Shown: positions 62,171-64,000 of the stretch, piece by piece | How the letters are laid out: each line of letters starts with the position of its first letter | How positions within the stretch are numbered: position 1 is the stretch's first letter | Origin: Vicugna vicugna | Taxonomy: Eukaryota | NCBI GenBank assembly: GCA_013265495.1 | Contig: MU061578.1 | Coordinates: 1,001,308 to 1,065,307 of the forward strand | Direction of reading: 5' to 3' | DNA: 64,000 nt | Notes under the pieces: generated by a model | The model's database searches: none | What the model was told of the DNA's origin: nothing | The model's input: only the letters and a program-made list of their open reading frames with translations | Translations under genes and position numbers: made by a program

Positions 62171-64000
62171 TTGATACAATGTGTGGGATGAGCAGATAGA
62201 GCTTAAATCCCGGGAAGAGGACTTCTCACCTCTAGAAAGTTCTGGGTGGCCCCAGAAGGCAGTGACATGAATAAGAGTCTTATTTTCAGAAGATGTCATG
62301 AAGGAAAATGGAATGAGGATACAGCTTGCGTGGAGGGTGGGACAGGGATGACCCACTCTTACTATTCTTAGGACCCATAGATGGAGCAGAACACTTGACT
62401 CTAAGCAGCGACTTGTTTTGCCCAGCTCAGAAAAGTGACCTCAATTCTCTGAAACACGAGTTTGCTCATTTCACAAGGAAGGCAAGGATGGACGGAAGGG
62501 AAGAAGAGCTAAATAAAGTCAAAGTATGTGTTATGTTTTTCTTTGTCTTTCTAGAGAACCAGAAATTCATGCTCTGTGGTCACAGAAGTCCATCTCAGGG
62601 CCGGGATTCAATTCTGCTCTAAATGCAGGTCCAATGTGGAGGGAGCTATTCACCCTCAAACGGCTGATGTGAGGCCAGCCTGAGGGCCAGAACACACACC
62701 CACGCCTGCTAATACGGCCCATTAGCTGCCATGGACTTGCTCTATGGGTTTCTCAAGCTCTTCCCCCATGGGGACCATCATGAGACAATGATCAATTTCC
62801 CTTTCAGCTGCCTTCTTTCATCTGTTTCTTAAATGCCACTTACCCCGAACAGGGCAAACACCGCAGGACAGGGCTGGGGGTTTTGGTGACTACCAACCTC
62901 GACCTTTGACTCAGGCCTGAGTGTGACCAGAGCTCAGTAAATGTCTGCTGAATAAACGAGTAGTAGGAAGTTTGGTGCGTGCACGGATAAAAGAATTCAA
63001 GGACAAACCACCAAAGAGACCACCTAGTGAAAGACAGAAAATATCATTAACTGAAAACAAGACATTTCTGAGAGATCCGCACTTCAGCTTCACCAAAGAG
63101 ACACTGCAGCACCTTGCCCGAGTGGCACGTTACGTACAGAGAAAATGCGGCGTTTATTTCTATTGCGTTGAGGCTTACTCTTTGTGAGCCAGAGAGGTTA
63201 GACGCTCAGCACGGGGTCTAGATCCATGTTTGAAAAAAAAGAAAGAAAGAGAGACAAGGAAAGGAAAAAATATATTTAAAAAAAAAAAAAAGAGTCACCA
63301 GAAACCGATGTTGCTTTTATAATCCAAGGAAAGAGGGCTTCTTGTCGTTCCTCAGCAGTATTTACATTTGAAAATCCAGCTCCTAAGAGAACAATAACCA
63401 AGTGTTTCTTAAAGAGAAGAAACAGCAACAACAACAAAAAAACAAGAACAAAACAATGAAACTTTAACTATTTTCTTTCTCTAACCCCAGTGAGAGTAAT
63501 TCCCTTTCGATGAGATAAATTCCGTCTGAGAGCAGGGCAGCCTTAACCCGGCTGCATAACTCACTGGCAGCTTTAATCTTCAGAATGAGTATTATTGTAC
63601 ATTTCAGGTTTTATTGCATTTTTTAAACAAACGATATTTTAAGTTCAAAGTGAACAGATAATGAGTTGGCAGTTTGTAATCCGTTTTCCCTAAAAAGGAA
63701 ACCAAAAGGTCAAAATTCCTTTAGACCTCCTGATGTCAACTGCAGACCTGAGAGCCAAACGTAGAGAGTGTAGGACAGGAAGGCAGACAAACAGAAGTCA
63801 ACATGAAGCAGGTCTATTCAACAGACAGTCATGATATACTTTTAATGAGCTGTAAAAGTAGGGATGAACTTCCTTGCAGGGATATGCTAATTAATACAGG
63901 AAACATCTACGCGATGCAAAGGAATATATTTAGTCAATCACTTAAACGGGTTGCCGTCAAAATGTCCAACACTCCTTGGTTCGTAAATGTCAAATATACA

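Overview
Mammalian (placental, non-primate) genomic DNA from inside the giant RBFOX1 (A2BP1/Fox-1) gene, transcribed on the minus strand. Almost all of it is intron. Two phase-0 coding alternative first exons are visible. One is the muscle/heart-type exon at 16396-16482 ([29 protein letters not shown]|gtaatt), which the ORF track misses because it is under 60 aa. The other is a CpG-island exon at 44020-44118/44163 (MQHPLTGATCVALPNVGMCPQLSCALTFMYLQQ|gtaagg). The rest is old MIR/L2/L1/MLT/Tigger/Charlie repeats, simple repeats and a 421-N gap flanked by a probable false haplotype duplication. Nearly all ORF-track entries are spurious. No prokaryote-type or wholly new system is evident. The best leads are start codons of both first exons embedded in the RBFOX motif (U)GCAUG, a candidate recursive splice site at about 50194, uORFs in the muscle leader, and two mutually complementary triplet arrays bracketing the CpG exon. 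Gene and repeat names come from recall, not searches, and boundaries of old repeats are approximate.
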